DNA from: Phoronis australis
Lineage: Eukaryota; Animalia; Phoronida
Assembly: GCA_002633005.1 (NCBI GenBank)
Contig: NMRA01000086.1
Span: 248,001-312,000, forward strand
Reading direction: 5' to 3'
Length of the DNA: 64,000 nucleotides
Part shown: positions 48,705 to 63,300 of the stretch, in pieces
Layout: each line of letters starts with the position of its first letter
Numbering within the stretch: position 1 is the stretch's first letter
Notes under the pieces: model-generated
What the model was told of the DNA's origin: nothing
What the model saw: the letters and a program-made list of their open reading frames with translations, nothing else
Database searches by the model: none
Translations under genes and position numbers: made by a program

Positions 48705-51700
48705 TTCCTATAAGCACAGAGAGAACAATTGGTGTGTAAACAGTTAGTCAAAAGCAATCTGAGGCAGCAGTCGTCCGACTTCTTGTACACTGTAATTTGA
48801 CATTTTTGTACACGACAGACTTTGGGCGTGTGTTCTTGACTCGCATACAGCGACGCTATCGACGGATCTTGGTGACAAACAGGACAACAACAACTGCTCA
48901 ACACCTGGTCTCAACGTCAACAATATCAGGGGACCTGTGTCGAAACTAACTGTGACACCAAGACTGACACCAGAGGCCGACGGAAGAAATTAAGGTGACA
49001 TTTGTTGACTAGGAGAGACCCACAGTACTGCTGAACGAGCGAGTTCGTGTGGACGCGGCGACTTAAATTGCCATGTTCAGTATGCTGGTTGGACGGGAAC
49101 CATGCAGTTCCATATAGACCGTGGCCAAATATTGATCTTTAGATGAGATTCCTGCTGCACTTACCGTCATTTTTCGTTGAGTGGTTATATTACTGTCGGT
49201 CCCGGAAAAGCTTGCACGAGGTTACTAGCTGTTACTACCTGTAATGTAAAGCTCCTTCTCCGTCTGTTCACCCCAGTTCGGGACAATCGGCTTACAAAAT
49301 GTTATACAGTGTAAACAGAGTGTGCAGCCGCACTGTATTCACATTGGCGTTGTTACTATAGGGTTGTAAAAATTGATTTCTGTAGAGTTAGCTTATGCAA
49401 CCACATGATAATGGTTAACTGCATATGGGTGTGGCGATTATTGTCATGAATGATTGGCGTGCACAAAGCCAAATAGTGGGGGTTTATGACCTAATTGTCC
49501 CATTATGTTCCACGCCCAGCAGACGCAGAATATCTGACTGTGCAATACTTTACTATGTTATAAAGATCCCATTTATTTCCCATTTTCAAATTTCAAAAAT
49601 GCAACCAAGTCAACTTTCAAAATGAAAATTAAGAGATACTACTGACACCCCCAGTGTTTGCAACTATGATTAGGATAACCAAATTTGTTCGGTCCTGATT
49701 ACCCTAAGAACGATAATATCAGCTGAAGTTGGATGGAACGGCGGAACACAGGATGAATTACGTCAGTGTAAAGAAGGCACTAAAATATAAGCGCAGTTTC
49801 GTAACTTTCAACCTTTTTTGTGTTGTCCTTCTATTACTGTGAATTAACTTTTTTAATGTTTGGTGGTTGTACACGACCAAAAATAAAACTTAAACTAAAA
49901 ACCATTTTCAGTTAAATTCAGTTAATTTTGAATATATTTGTTATGTTGAATGAGAATTATATGGGCTTAGTTTAGACTGAACTAGCGTTAAAATCCATTA
50001 TATGAAATGGTTAAGTAAAAAGAAGCGGAAACAGTACCTTTTTAAAGGTTAGAGAACCGGTCTAATTCTTTTCATGAATTTCAATTGTTTTTCAGTTAGC
50101 TTACGAACACAAAAATTGTCAAACATAGTTTGTTAGATAACGAATTTCGCGAGAATTGAGCTTTACACGTATAAAAAGGTAACACGTGAAAAAATGCCAA
50201 TATTATATCATATACTAGGCGCCAGGAGAAATCACCTCTGACGCATTCATTGCGTTTGGATCAAATTGGGATTTCACATGTACTTTAATGGATTTTCATG
50301 GTAATTTGAACAACATTTTATCTTCTGGAAGTTAAATAATAACTGAGGCTACTTCAGTTTCTATCACACCGTAATCTTAAACTGAGAGATTCTATTAGAT
50401 ATCAAATGAAACAGTCCCCAATGATTGCTTTGTCTGTAAAACATAAAAAACTGACTCGAAACAATGATATAAGGACCATACTCAAACATAGAGTGATTTT
50501 GTTGAATGTTTGTATATTTTGTGTGAGCGTGGAAACACAATGAGAATTTAATTTCCGAATGATTATGTATTTCCTCTGTCCGCTATTTGTTGGTATTTAT
50601 TTTTGATCGCTAGTTTTCAATTTCAGTTGACATCGTGACCAAACGTCAGTCGATAAGATAGTTCAAGTTGTCGGAAGACGACGGTTTTGTTGAAAACGCA
50701 CATTTTACTGATGTGAACTTTCAAGACCAAATGTTCCAAACTGCTGAAGCTACAACCAAAAGTTAATTCAAACTTTTTGTTACACCCTTTGAATCTTGTT
50801 TGGCACACTTGATATATTACGGTCGCTAGCCGCAAACTGCCGGAAAATAAATCGGAGTTTACCTACAGTCTGAGTTCAAGAATCAAATAGACGTATTATG
50901 TGTAACATGGCTTCACTCCCGGATGTGCATCAGTGCTGCCTTAATACGGACACTAAGGTCATGTAGGAACCTAGTAAAATGGCCAAATCTGGCCAATATC
51001 GGAACATCATATTTCAGACTGATCCTTTTCAGGTACTCTGTTTTACTATACCGTTCTCTTCTAGGCTGTTAGGGAATCATTTTTCAGAGTCCTCCACTTT
51101 TGCACGAGCAGCTTTCAAATATACGAATTTTTACGATTTTCATGAAAAAATCAAAAGTTGTGTAAAACCACAGCACTCTAGCCCTGGAAAGCCAACTTCG
51201 ATCTCGCGCTGATAAGGGTGTGCCGCGCACGTGCGGCTTTTGTTTGCATTCGTTTGTTCCTGTGTTGGTTTTTCCTATGGAATTTACTGTTACTAAAACT
51301 TTTCGCAACTCCGCCGCTTTCCAACCGAATTGCACAAGAAATATATCATTAGAAAGCCCTTCGTCAGCTCTCGATGGTATATGATTATAGCAGCTGAAAC
51401 AAACCATGCATAATTTAATTCATAAATAATCATTTCGTATCACTGACAGGTTTAAAAATTTTTTTTTTACCAAAACGCGAAAAATAGCAGGGTGTAATAG
51501 GAACATAAAAAAGGAAATGAAGCAAAGAGGTTATAGAAATGACTAATCAAACCAGCAGGGAAATAATTCAAACGATACGAAAAATTTCTACCCTATCAAG
51601 ACAAAGATTTTGGAATATGGATCCTTCGCAGATGCTGTGAAGAATTTAGTCCGGCATTCATCCAAAATTATACATCTTTATATATTAATTGGACCTTTAG

Positions 51701-54413
51701 TGCTGTTTGGTACAGTTATTCAGTAAAAACATTCAGGACGAAGTGACAATTGCAAAAATGTGACCAACTAATTAATTCAACTACCTATCCGAAATTTGCA
51801 GATAAAGATAAAATATGAGCAAACATCAATTGTGTAGGTTTAAAATGTACTGTGGATAAGTCATTACATAGGCTGCAGTGTAGAACTTTCCATAGTTAGT
51901 AATTTGTAAATTAACTCATTTTGTCAGAAAGTAAAAATTAGTAATCCTGACTCATGCAGTGTGTGTTACCATAAACGAGAGACTTTGGGACACACTATAC
52001 GATTGGAAAATAACAGTATTCATGACAGAGAGACAAGTGAACATAGTTGCCAACATTCGAGAATGAAAAAAACGGGACAACAGGATTGAAAAGCGTGACT
52101 TCCGGATAAAAAACGAGACATCTGGGTCTATGGCAAAACGCAAGAGTGAAATGTTTGCAACAACACACAGAATCGTCCCAACGGGAGATGTTGCACCCAA
52201 AAGCGCCCGGCGGCGTTTTTTATATTCTTAAGTAAATGGGCAATTGCCGATGCCGTAAAATTGAGGGCGCCTCACAAATCCATGAAAAGTCCCTTTTTAT
52301 TTTTAGTCGAACAAGAAAAATAGTGCAATGTCGCGTGGAAAATTGCAGTAGTATATGGTAATTTTTTCAGTGTCAAAAAGCGGGACACATTGATTGTGTA
52401 GCGGGATGGTGGGAAAATTCAAAAAGTGAGATAGTCCGCCAAGAGTGAGATAATTGGCAAGTACAATGTACTCTGTCAACAACACAAGGAGTTGGATTGG
52501 ATTGTTTACAAGGTAAATTTTTCATGTTTTATATTTTATTTCAGGAAATCGAATTACCAAAAAAGTATTTGGACAACAGGTAAACATTGCACAAAAGAGT
52601 TATTATAGAAACAATTAAAAACAGTAATAATTTATGCAAACACAAACATCACACTTAGCTACGCAAATGCGAATAATTTTTCGAAAGTTACGTAAACACG
52701 CCTGTTAGTAGGTCCTAAACTTTTCATTTATAATTGCAGAACAAACACCGGCTCAGAAACCAAGTAACTTCTTTCCGTAACTAATACTGTAACAAGATTT
52801 AACACTCAAAGATGTCTTGTTGAAAAGCTAATAGCATGTAGTTTTATAGGCTGTCAAAGTGGCTCTAAAACTGGAGATGAAAAGATATCAGAGGCCATAC
52901 TATTCTAGATACTACCCCACCAGGGCCACGCCGTATAAAGAACGACCGATGTAATTGCCTGGTTTGTTGACTTTGCCGGGAAATCGTAACCCAAGAGTTT
53001 TGCTTGATGAACAAAAATGTCAAAACGAAAATGAAACAATGAAATTTGGCTTGATTTGATAACTACAACTCCCGATCAAAACTCAGTCGAGCAGACTGCC
53101 GGAATTTTACAGTGCCGTGGCTCGTCTCGTCGGGTCGCAACTGAGCTACTGTATAATAATAGAATTCATATGAAGTCACGTGCCGGAATTGGCCTTCCAG
53201 GGCTAGAGTTCTATGATGAAGCTAGGAACTGGTTCCTAGGATGAAGCTAAAACTACTGTATGACTTAGAAAATTGCAGCAGGTTTTTTGAGATTTCATCT
53301 TGATCGAATGAAATTGGTAATGTTACTGATTCTACTATCGATGTACCTTTCTTCAAATTTTTGCCCAAATTTTTTCACATACGGTGTTAAAGTAAAAGAT
53401 CAAACTCTGCAGGTTTTTACTTTCAGAAAATGCATATTTCTCCTGAGTTGAAATCTGTAGTTCTATAGATATTTGGCTAAATACTCAGACATGTCTATAA
53501 GGTAATAATGCGAATCCGACGCAACCAAGTTGGCTATTGGTTATGACTTTGGCCAATAGGTGTAGTAGTTGTCAGTATGTATAAACCGGAAACTGACGAC
53601 GGCCCCATGTGAAGGTTCCCTGGCAGCGGAGCGTACACGTTGTTGAAAATAAAAGCTGACAGACTTTATTGGTAATCTTGCACTTGCTTGTATAGCTATG
53701 TATACGTAATAAACTCAAGAATTGTGTAGCCTCTAAAAACAGCTCGAAAAGGAGTAGTGTAGATAAGTTGATTTTTGTGTGCCATCCGCCCAGGTAGTTT
53801 TGGTATCTGCAAAGTGCAAAGTAGCCAGAGTACAAAGCTCGCTGACGCTGGTTCCCAGCCGCTAGGTGGTCGGTAGCCATCACGCAGGTATCACTTAATT
53901 TTTTTTACACTGGCGTTTCTGATTGGCTAGTGGAATTCTCAACAGGCAGCGCTTTACGCTAACAAACTGGCATGACTGATGGACTGAAGTGTAAATCTGA
54001 ATGTAGTCTGTTGTACAGACAAATCGGTGCTTAAAATTCATGTTCAGAAAATGTGAATCCTAGAAATTGTGGTTGCGCCTTTTCAGAGTGCATCTTTATA
54101 CTATCGATGACTTTTGTTTACGATACTGTCCTGTATTCCGACATCGGTTAAATGGGCCAGATTGTGTTTATTGTACATGTATGTGCTTTAAGCAGGTGGC
54201 TATTAAACATCACTGCAGTCCAGAAAAGAAATAGTTGCTGCAATGCCACTTGCGTGACAAGGCTAAAAATTGTTCGCAGTCCTCACAGTCCGCCATTTTT
54301 TCACGGTGTTGTAAAGCTAACCAATGACTGCTGAGGTTACACCAACCAATGCTAAAGCGCGTGCCACTGCATGATACCTGTGTGCTGGCTAGGCACGTAG
54401 GGAACCAGCGAGT

Positions 54414-55150
54414 GGTGCAAAGCTGTATACTAAATATGCAGCGTTGCGCTGATGTGGGTAAAAAAATGGTAACATAAAATCTGACACAAAATTAGTGTCA
54501 TTAAAAATTACAGTCTTCCTTGCGTAAACTAACTTATTTAACGGTGTTGGAAAAATGGCGTTCTACCGTTATTCTGCTGCTAAAGTTGTAGAGTGATCTT
54601 CTACGTCGGCTTTCGGCGCCATGAAATATTGTGTCAACTACTGGCCAGTTTCTTTTTCGCCGATTGTTCAGTTAACCGTTGTTCTTTCATGAGGTTGCGT
54701 ATACGTCACAAATTATTGGAACTGGTTTCACTTCACTTAGAGTTTCGATACCGAAAAAACGAATTTCAGAACAAACTTTGCTGCTGCGAAGTTTGCGCAA
54801 AAATTTAGGAAATGGCGCGTGCTCATGACACAAGCGATACTGTTTTCAAAACGACAACATACTTTTCATTGTTACAAAACGTTGAGAATGATGCAGGAAA
54901 ATGACGTTTGTTGCATTGTTTTTCTCTTAGACGGTTGTAACGGGCAAGGTTGAGTGTTGGTTGACTCCCAGATTTTGCATGCACCCCGTCCGGTCTTTAG
55001 CTTTACATGTTGAAACAAGTTTCATGGCGAGGTGACGAGCAGAACTACCCTGTCTGTGTGCAATTTCGGGGTCTATGGAAGATTAACACACAGTAAGTGG
55101 TACCTATAGCTTTATTTTGACGATAGTCTTCATACAGCTAGCTGGCTGGC
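54414..55150 (+). repeat. ~730-bp dispersed repeat (copy 2)
   Basis: Colinear with 36070-36799. Confidence 0.9.
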
Positions 55151-55159
55151 TAGAATCTG

Positions 55160-55618
55160 GGTAGACCATTGTCCCTAGTTGGCCAGAAGAGACCTATAGG
55201 AGCTTCATATGCTTTTCGGTGAATTATGGCTCGCACTGATTAAAACATCAAAGTCACGTTGTTATAAGTACCTTTTGTACATAGAAGGACATCTTAGGAG
55301 GCCGTGGATGTCTTTAATTCCTTCCAACTCAAACAAATACTCCCGTTATCATACGGTACTTTTTTTGAGCAGTCCTTCGTTCAGTTCCCAAAATCGGAAA
55401 CTGGCCATTTTTTACACAGTGATGTCTTATCACCTGCTGCGCGCAGTGTTAAAAGTGGCCAGTTGCTGATTTGGAGAACTGAACAAAGGACTGCTTGAAG
55501 AAAAAGTTTGATAACGGGAATGTTTGTTTGAGTTGCAAGGAATTAAAAACATTGGTGGCCTCCTAAGGTGTCCCTTTATGCGCAAAAGGTACTTATAACA
55601 ATGTGACTTTAATTTTTA
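55160..55618. mobile_element. Shorter, diverged hairpin relative of the 18873-19810 foldback element
   Basis: Same arm sequence (aaaacatcaaagtcacgttgttataa...ttccttccaactcaaacaaatactcccgttatc) with an inverted partial second arm and only a short spacer. Confidence 0.85.
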
Positions 55619-56329
55619 TGCACCCACATATTTATATGTTGACGCATTATGCCGTCATCCCCGTCCGTGACGGTCCGTCCGTCAGATTCTATACTTTATG
55701 CATTTGTTGTTGACTTGCTTCTAGTGAATCATATGAGCCTCTGTTAGGCACTCGCTAACAGCAAGTTGCCTGTTAGCTGAATGGTTATAACGCTTGCCAG
55801 TTTTATCTGGGTTGCTGGTTCAATTCCCAAGTCGGGTACTTAGTAATATCTCGGCTAATTACTACGCACTGTTCTCAAAAACGCTGTTTGGAATTGTTTT
55901 TAATGTGCTCCACTTTTGTAGGAGGGGCTGTCAAAAAATAGAACTTAATGATTTTCATGAAAAATTTGTAAAGTTTGCTTAAAACGAAATGATATTTTAG
56001 AAAAATGTTACAGCATTTTTGATATCTCACTTTGAACATTTATATCAAATAAAATTTGATCTTGTTACTGATACTGTTTGCTACCTGGCCATGTGCCTTT
56101 CTTTTTTTGCTAAATTTTACTAGAAAGACATGGTCACGTGTCCTTATAAATACCAGATATGTTAGTTGTCAACAACCAAAATCTACAGTCTTTGTACTTT
56201 TAGAAAATATATACTTTTACTGACTGAAAGTCTACTCTGTAATATTGTCCTATATATTTTGCTAAGTGCACAGAAATATTGATAAGGTCTGACTTAGCCT
56301 TAAGTGAAAAGCGAACAAATGTTTTTGTG

Positions 56330-56795
56330 CACAATTTCCCGGCTTTTGTCACAAAGAAAAATCTGTCATCGACTTGAAAACAGTACGCTCGTGACACGCG
56401 CACGCGCCATTTACTAAATTTTTTTGTAAAATCTTTCAGGATATGACGTACAGCTTTGCTGGTGTCAAAATACTAAAAACTTAAAATGAAATGAAACCAA
56501 TTCCAATAATTTGTTATAACGTATGCAACCTTGTGGAAGAAGAACAGTTTATTGAAGAGTTGACGAAAAAAGAATTTAGCCTATAGGTGACGCTCTATTT
56601 CATGGTGCTGAAAGCCAACGCATAAGGTCTCTATACAACAGCAGAATAAATGTAGAATGTCAATTTTTAGCACTGGGTAACTAACTTAATTTGTGTAAAG
56701 AAGTTTTTATTGACATTAATTGTTTGTCAGATTTTATTTGGCAATTTTTCCCCCACTGCGGTGCAAAGCTAATATATTCGCACAGCTTTTCACCA
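56330..56795 (-). repeat. Diverged inverted copy of the 36070/54414 repeat
   Basis: Reverse-complement matches include ggtgcaaagct, tgtcagattttat, cagcagaataa, ggtgac...tatttcatgg..c.gaaagcc and cacgcgccattt. Confidence 0.7.
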
Positions 56796-57322
56796 GGACT
56801 AGTCATCTGGCTGACTACAGTGCCCTCCTACTGAATCTGAGTCCTACTTGAGTACTCAACCTACCCCTTGTGGAAGCTGATTCATCAGCCTAGGGCTTTG
56901 TCACTCTAGGCTGATGGCCCTCACATGTATTTTACCAACCTACAGTTAGCTTTGGGAGCTGTAGATGACATTTTAGTGAAAATGAGCTGAAAGCCAGAGA
57001 CTTGTGCTAAAAAAAACAGTCTTACTTATCAATAAACTGTCCTTTTTGGATGTTCTTTGGTCCTTTACTCTTACAACTGTGTTAGATACAATCCTATTAC
57101 CAATGCCATATGTTCAAAATCATCCATTGTTGACGGCCATTTTTTTTAGGCCAAGGGTACAATACAATTTTTTTAGTCAGATGACCTATTATTTATATAT
57201 TTAAGGTAAAAAACTGAAAGGGAGATAATTTCAGTTTTGGTAGTGTTTTTATATCTGATCTATTATTCACAGACCCAATATCTTTTTCAGCACTGGACAT
57301 CTGACATATTACTCAAAGAGGG

Positions 57323-60300
57323 ATGTCTAGTTCAGCCACAGATGAACCGAAGGGCCCCAGTGCCTCCGAGGGTGGCGAAGGGAGTGATGCAGTGATAGAT
57401 AGTCCTCCAGAGAAACCTGAATATGTCAATAAATGCAATGACTCCAATCCTGATGGGGACTTTGACAACAGCTTTCAGAAGATGGTGGAACAAATGGATG
57501 AGAAAGGAATGGCCAAAGTCCAAATAAAGTAGGACTATTGCATGGTTTTGTTGTCTTAAACTTGTACTGATTAGTAGATATTGTGACTATGTCCAGTTTA
57601 CCCAAAATTTGACAGTCCCTTTGTAGAAAGCCCTCTGTTGGCCTGAAGGTTGACACGATCATGTCTTCATCACCTTGTGTTACATCCTAGTGTGTTGAAT
57701 GCTACTGCATATGAGTTTACTCTTTTCTGTATCAACCTGTCCTAGCTGTGAATACTAGTCAACAACCTGCCAGGGCCATGTTATGTAAAGACCTTTCTCG
57801 TATGGAAGTCTTTCAAATAGCAACTTGGCGACTGGTCATGTGGGACCGGATACCAGTGGCCTCTAGATGACGAGGAGCCATTTTATAACTTTTGTTTAAA
57901 ACACATTCCGTGTAATCACATACACTGTAAAAGGGTCTTTTCATGAAGTCAAACTGTTCTCCTATGTCACCCACTGCGAAGACAAGTAACTTCTGGTTCA
58001 GTTATGTGGTGATATGAGTCACCTGTCCCATGTAATCATTCCCCATTGCTTCCTTAAAGTCTCCCATTGCGCTGTTCTGTTTAGCTTACTAGCAGAACTT
58101 GTTTACCATATCAAACGTTTTTTATTTTCACAAGGTTCCTGAAGCGGAATTACAAACCTGTGCTGGATACCACATACATGCCAGCTGAGGCCAAAGAGTT
58201 GCTGGAGAACATGCAGTCAGGGAATAGTGATGGCAGCGAACCACCTAAGAAAAAGATGAAACTTACTGGTCAGTCAGTTGTGTTACAGTAGTCTGAGATG
58301 GGAATACACGTGGTGTTTCTTTGATTGTGTATTTAGCTCCACAGCTTTATGTTGAGATAGAATGCTTCGTGGTATTTAAAATGAGAACTCAAAAGCATGC
58401 TGGCATGTTTGTCTTTACATGGACCCTCTGAGTTACTTCTGTAATAGTCTAATTTGGGCTGTGCCTTACGTACCTCTGTAGACAGCTTAGACTTTTCATT
58501 TTTATACATCCACATCTTTAGTTGTTGTGGCATATTGCCATCATCGCTGTTTGGCATCCACTGCTGTATCTCCAAATCTCCTTGGATGATTTCCAGATGT
58601 GTTCCTAAGGAGATAACAATAGATGACGACAGCTTTCAGACAGATTTGAGTACTGCTAAGCCCCTAGTGGCAATTTTAATAGTTTGTGATGTGTCTTCGG
58701 AGGCCCTTAAGGGATTTTCATGAAATTTGGCAGAAATGACTTATTAAGGAATTAAGGAGACAACGATGGCTTCCCATTATTAGACAGCTTTGACATATTC
58801 TGCACCACCTAGTGACCATTTGTGTTACTTACGAGTCTGTTTTTGGCATCTGCCACTTTCTCTGACAGGCTGCTCAAAAGATTATAATAAGAATAGGCAG
58901 ATGTGTTGCAGCAAAGGAGACCATGACTGACATTGATTTTCTGACAGGTCTGAATACTGTGACTTCCCCTAGTGGAATTTTTTTATTTTTCGTTTATGCC
59001 TATATCTGGTTAATGCCTTGCAGGATCGTAGTGAAATTTGACAAATATTTTTCTTTGAATGTGATAAGGAATGAAGACAACTTTTGGACTGATCTAACTA
59101 CTGCTGTACCCCCTTGTAGCAATTTTATTATTTTACGTTTATGATGAATGTGATATCGGATGCAGACAAATTNATAGGATGTGCTTGTATTATGAAGATT
59201 ACTCACATTTTGCCCCTAGCCTATTGAGGAGACAATGACCATGCCTTTCCATTTTGCAAAGTATGCCCTCTACAGGCCACTTTATGGTACCAATAAACAA
59301 CCCTAGAAGGATACCGTATGCGGTGCAATTGTGGGCGCATTTCAACGCTCCGCGTTGCTCTTGTATTATTTTACGTTTATGATGAATGTGATATCGGATG
59401 CAGACAAATTTTGGACTGATCTGAGTACTGCTGTTCCCTTTTGTGGCAATTTTATTTTTACCTTTATCTCTGTAGCGTTAGGGTTCCTTGACAGATTTCC
59501 ATAAAATTTGGTAAATAGGTTTCTATTAAAGATACAACAACCTATTTTCTAGTGGACATTTAAAAAAATGCAAGTCCTTTTTGGTATCTGCCAAGTGTAT
59601 TCTTTTTAACTTAATAACTTCTTCCTGTTTTCGGACAGGTTCAATGTATTCAGTGAAATCTGATTGCCATGAATAAACAATTCATTTGCGGTGCTGTTAT
59701 GGATGCATTTCAACACTTCACATTGCTCTTGTAGAAAATCCTAGTATCCTGGTCACTACTGTTGTACAAGCCACAAAGCGATACATGTTTCGCAGTTAGG
59801 TACAGTCTCAAAAAAGAATCAACACATTTGTTCTCAAAGCATTTTGTTTTAGATTGAAATTTACAATTATGTTGACCTCATGTTAAGATTCAGTTATTCT
59901 CAACAGGTCGCAACAAAAAACGTCCCACTGGGAAACGATTAGATGCATCTGCCAGGCTATGCCCATCATTGAAAGCAGAGAAAGTCTGTTTCTATGGCAA
60001 CAAGTGTAAGTTCAGTCACAATGTGGAAGTTTACATGGCTGAGAAGCTGCCAGACATTGGACCGACTTGTTATTTGTACGACACACTCGGAAAATGCCCA
60101 TTTGGCCTAGCTTGTCGATATGCAAAGAGTCACATTGGGGAAAACTTCAAGAATTGTGTCAATGAACCATTATTTGAAGAGGTATCCAAGCGTACCATCA
60201 TTTACAATCAGGTAGACAAGGACTTACAAGCGTGTCTTCGTAAACGAAAGTACAATTTTCAGAAGTCTAATGAAGTGGTACAGCAAGTGCTGAAGACGGT

Positions 60301-63300
60301 TACTATAAAAAGAAATATTGTGTCGCAGTCAGAAGGAAATGAGAAATTAGAAAGTGGAAAATCGCAGGAGGTTGACATGTCGAACAGTGATAGTACGCAA
60401 TCCAGTGATCACGTGGAACCCAACTGCTACACAAGTAAACCTGCTGATAGTGCAGGTAGTGTCAGTTTGGAGACTGATAGGACTTTGAGCACTGCTTGTG
60501 TTTCAATATTGTCATCAGGTGCAGTCGAAACACCTGATGCCCAAACAGAGCTATTACCTACTGGTGACAGTGACAATGAGCTAAAAATAGAATCAGCGAC
60601 GTCAGTACCAGGTATTGATGTAACACAGTCTGGTCTGCTGAGGGATGACGGTGTAATCAAACTGAGGCCTCAAGAAAAAAAGAAGGTATGGTGTTTCATT
60701 TTTCATCCAAATCTAACATAAGCAAATACTTATTGTCATGTATGCGTTCTATAATACTCAACTAATTTGTTGTTTGCTTGATCTTCATAACGTGTCACAC
60801 TTAAGCTTGATGTCTTCAATTCGTCTTAGCCTTAATGCATTATGCTGACTTGTGTTAAGATCATAAAACATTATTTGGCTGTGGTCCGAGGTTTCTGAAA
60901 ATGGAGTTCGTGGTGCGTTTTTAAAAAAAAAATCCATCTGAGATGGGTAAAAGTGATGTTTTTTTGCTCATCGTATGTCAAGTCATGTTGCTTTAAGCTT
61001 GAGTCACCCTTGTTTATGTGCTTTTGTTTATCTTTTCAAAGAAAAACACACACTAGACCAGGGTTCAAATTGATGCAGGTGGTGATTTTTAGTCTGGATA
61101 GAGACCAGAAGCTGAATGACTTCAATTCATTTACTCAACATTTGCCAACCAGCAGGCTCATATGCTAGCTCTGTGAGTCTTTAAATGCCTGTTGTTTCCC
61201 AGCCCTGTGGTGCTGTGTTGACTGGAACAATGCTGAGCTGTATGTTGTATATTTTAAGTCCTTCACTTGACATTTGTGGTATGAAGTCCTCGCTAATGGC
61301 ATGAAAACTGTTAATTTTCTTTAGTAAGTGAAAATGACAGCTTTGACATACCGATCTCTTTAGTGGTGGCCATTTTGGTAGTCTGTGCTAGTGAGGGCTT
61401 GATATTACTCACAAAAGCATTTGGCTTTCACTGGCGTGGTCTTGTGTGATGTCGTTCTTCTTTCAAGAAACATCTCTTCAGAAGAAACCATGTGCAAAGA
61501 CCTTGGTGAAAGAGACAGCAACTATCACTGCAACAGCCAAGGTTGAATTAGCATTCCTTCATTTGAGTGCCCACCACAGTCACCACTGAGCCACAAGGAC
61601 AATGCTATTGATTTATTTGGTATCAACTAAATGTTTACAGTGAATACGTATCTTTCAGATTGACTTCTCTGACAAGTTGTACTTGGCTCCTCTCACGACT
61701 GTAAGTAACTTGTATTGACTTGCTCTCTGTCTAAAAATAAATTTCGATTTACTGCACTAACCATTATAAAATCGATCTTGATATGTTGGCAATTCCTGAG
61801 TTTGAGATGAAGTGAGGAGCCGTTATTGCTTGAGATCAGGGTCACTTGGTTCTATTGTCACGGCGGGTCATTATATGCACCATGCATGATTTCAAGCACA
61901 ACCCAACTGTCAGTTTTCTTATCCCAGGAACAATTAAACAAAGTTAAACAAAGTCCACTAAGCTACAGAAAGAACAAAACTTTGAGTGATTGCAAGGTAC
62001 AGTAATACTTTCACAGCTGTCACTGTGGCATCAAAAATCTCAGTATTCGGTTTCAAGTGGGATTATGTGTCATGAAAACACCTCAGTTTCACATGGGATC
62101 ATGTTTCATGAAAACATACCTAGTTTCATGTGGGTCCATGTGTCATGAAAACACGCCTAGTTTCACATAGAATCAGGGCAATTCCAACTTGCGAATACAC
62201 AATGTTTTTTTGACCTGTCTTCCTGGATGTGATGTTTGTGATCCATATACCAGTTTGTGACCTGTGTGCCCTGCTGTATTGAGGCCTTAGTTGTTAGTTA
62301 AAAAATTACGCTTAGGGTATTATATGTAGATACAATAGTAAGATAATGAAGTGTAAACTGTTACCAAACATTGTGATACAAATGAGATGTTCTGTACAAA
62401 CATAGACATCTCTCTGTGCTTTTTTAACTATGAAATTGTGAGAAACTGGCTACGCTGATAACCGTGGGCCTACACAGTCTTCTTGAAAGTATTTTTGTAC
62501 ATACGAAAAACCCTGTGATTGTCCTACGTAAATGAGTGGAGCTTATGTTAAACTTAAAACATAAGCACCTACAAACATGATGCAAAGCACATGTATATCT
62601 TGCTTCAGCTTGTCATCATCAGAGGAAACTGACTTATGACTTGTTTAGTACTTATTGCCTAAATGAGAATTTCATAACTGTTCATGTATTTTGCCACCTG
62701 TTGGTGACACTGATAGCCATTATTTATTCTGTCACCAGGTGGGCAATTTGCCGTTCCGCCGTGTTTGTAAACAGTTTGGTGCTGACATCACTTGCGGTGA
62801 GATGGCCATGTGTACTAACTTGCTGCAAGGACAGAGCTCAGAGTGGGCGCTGCTCAAAAGGCACGAAAGCGAGGACATATTTGGTGTTCAGGTGTGTAAA
62901 TTGCTACTTATCTAAAAAGATCCAGTGCATGAATGGGGGGGGGGGGTGGAGAATGATGTGCTTGTCCATGTATTGTCACATAGCCAAGCTAAGGTGGGTT
63001 GCTAACCTCCTAATCCCTTGTTCTGAGGTGTGCTGTAATCTTTTATACACGGTTTGTACTGAGACACAAATATCACAAAGATGTTATATCTGTAACACGT
63101 TGGAAAAAATCCAAGATGATCGTTTCTGAAACTTCTTTATCTATTATATGCACGATTAGATACCTGTTCAGAGTTGCAGATGGTCACACCACGTGACCTA
63201 ATAAGTAAAAGTGTCAACATTGTTGACCCTGATGAGGTATCTTGCTGTGCATATGGTAAAAAAATTCCATTTTGGGACTGAAAAGTTAACTATTTTCCCA

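Noticed and set aside
56883-56916. 11-bp stem hairpin catcagcctag...ctaggctgatg
   Set aside because: Too short to assign a function and there is no supporting motif.
62641-63129. 162-aa ORF
   Set aside because: It is an off-frame overlap with the real DUS3L exon 62739-62891.
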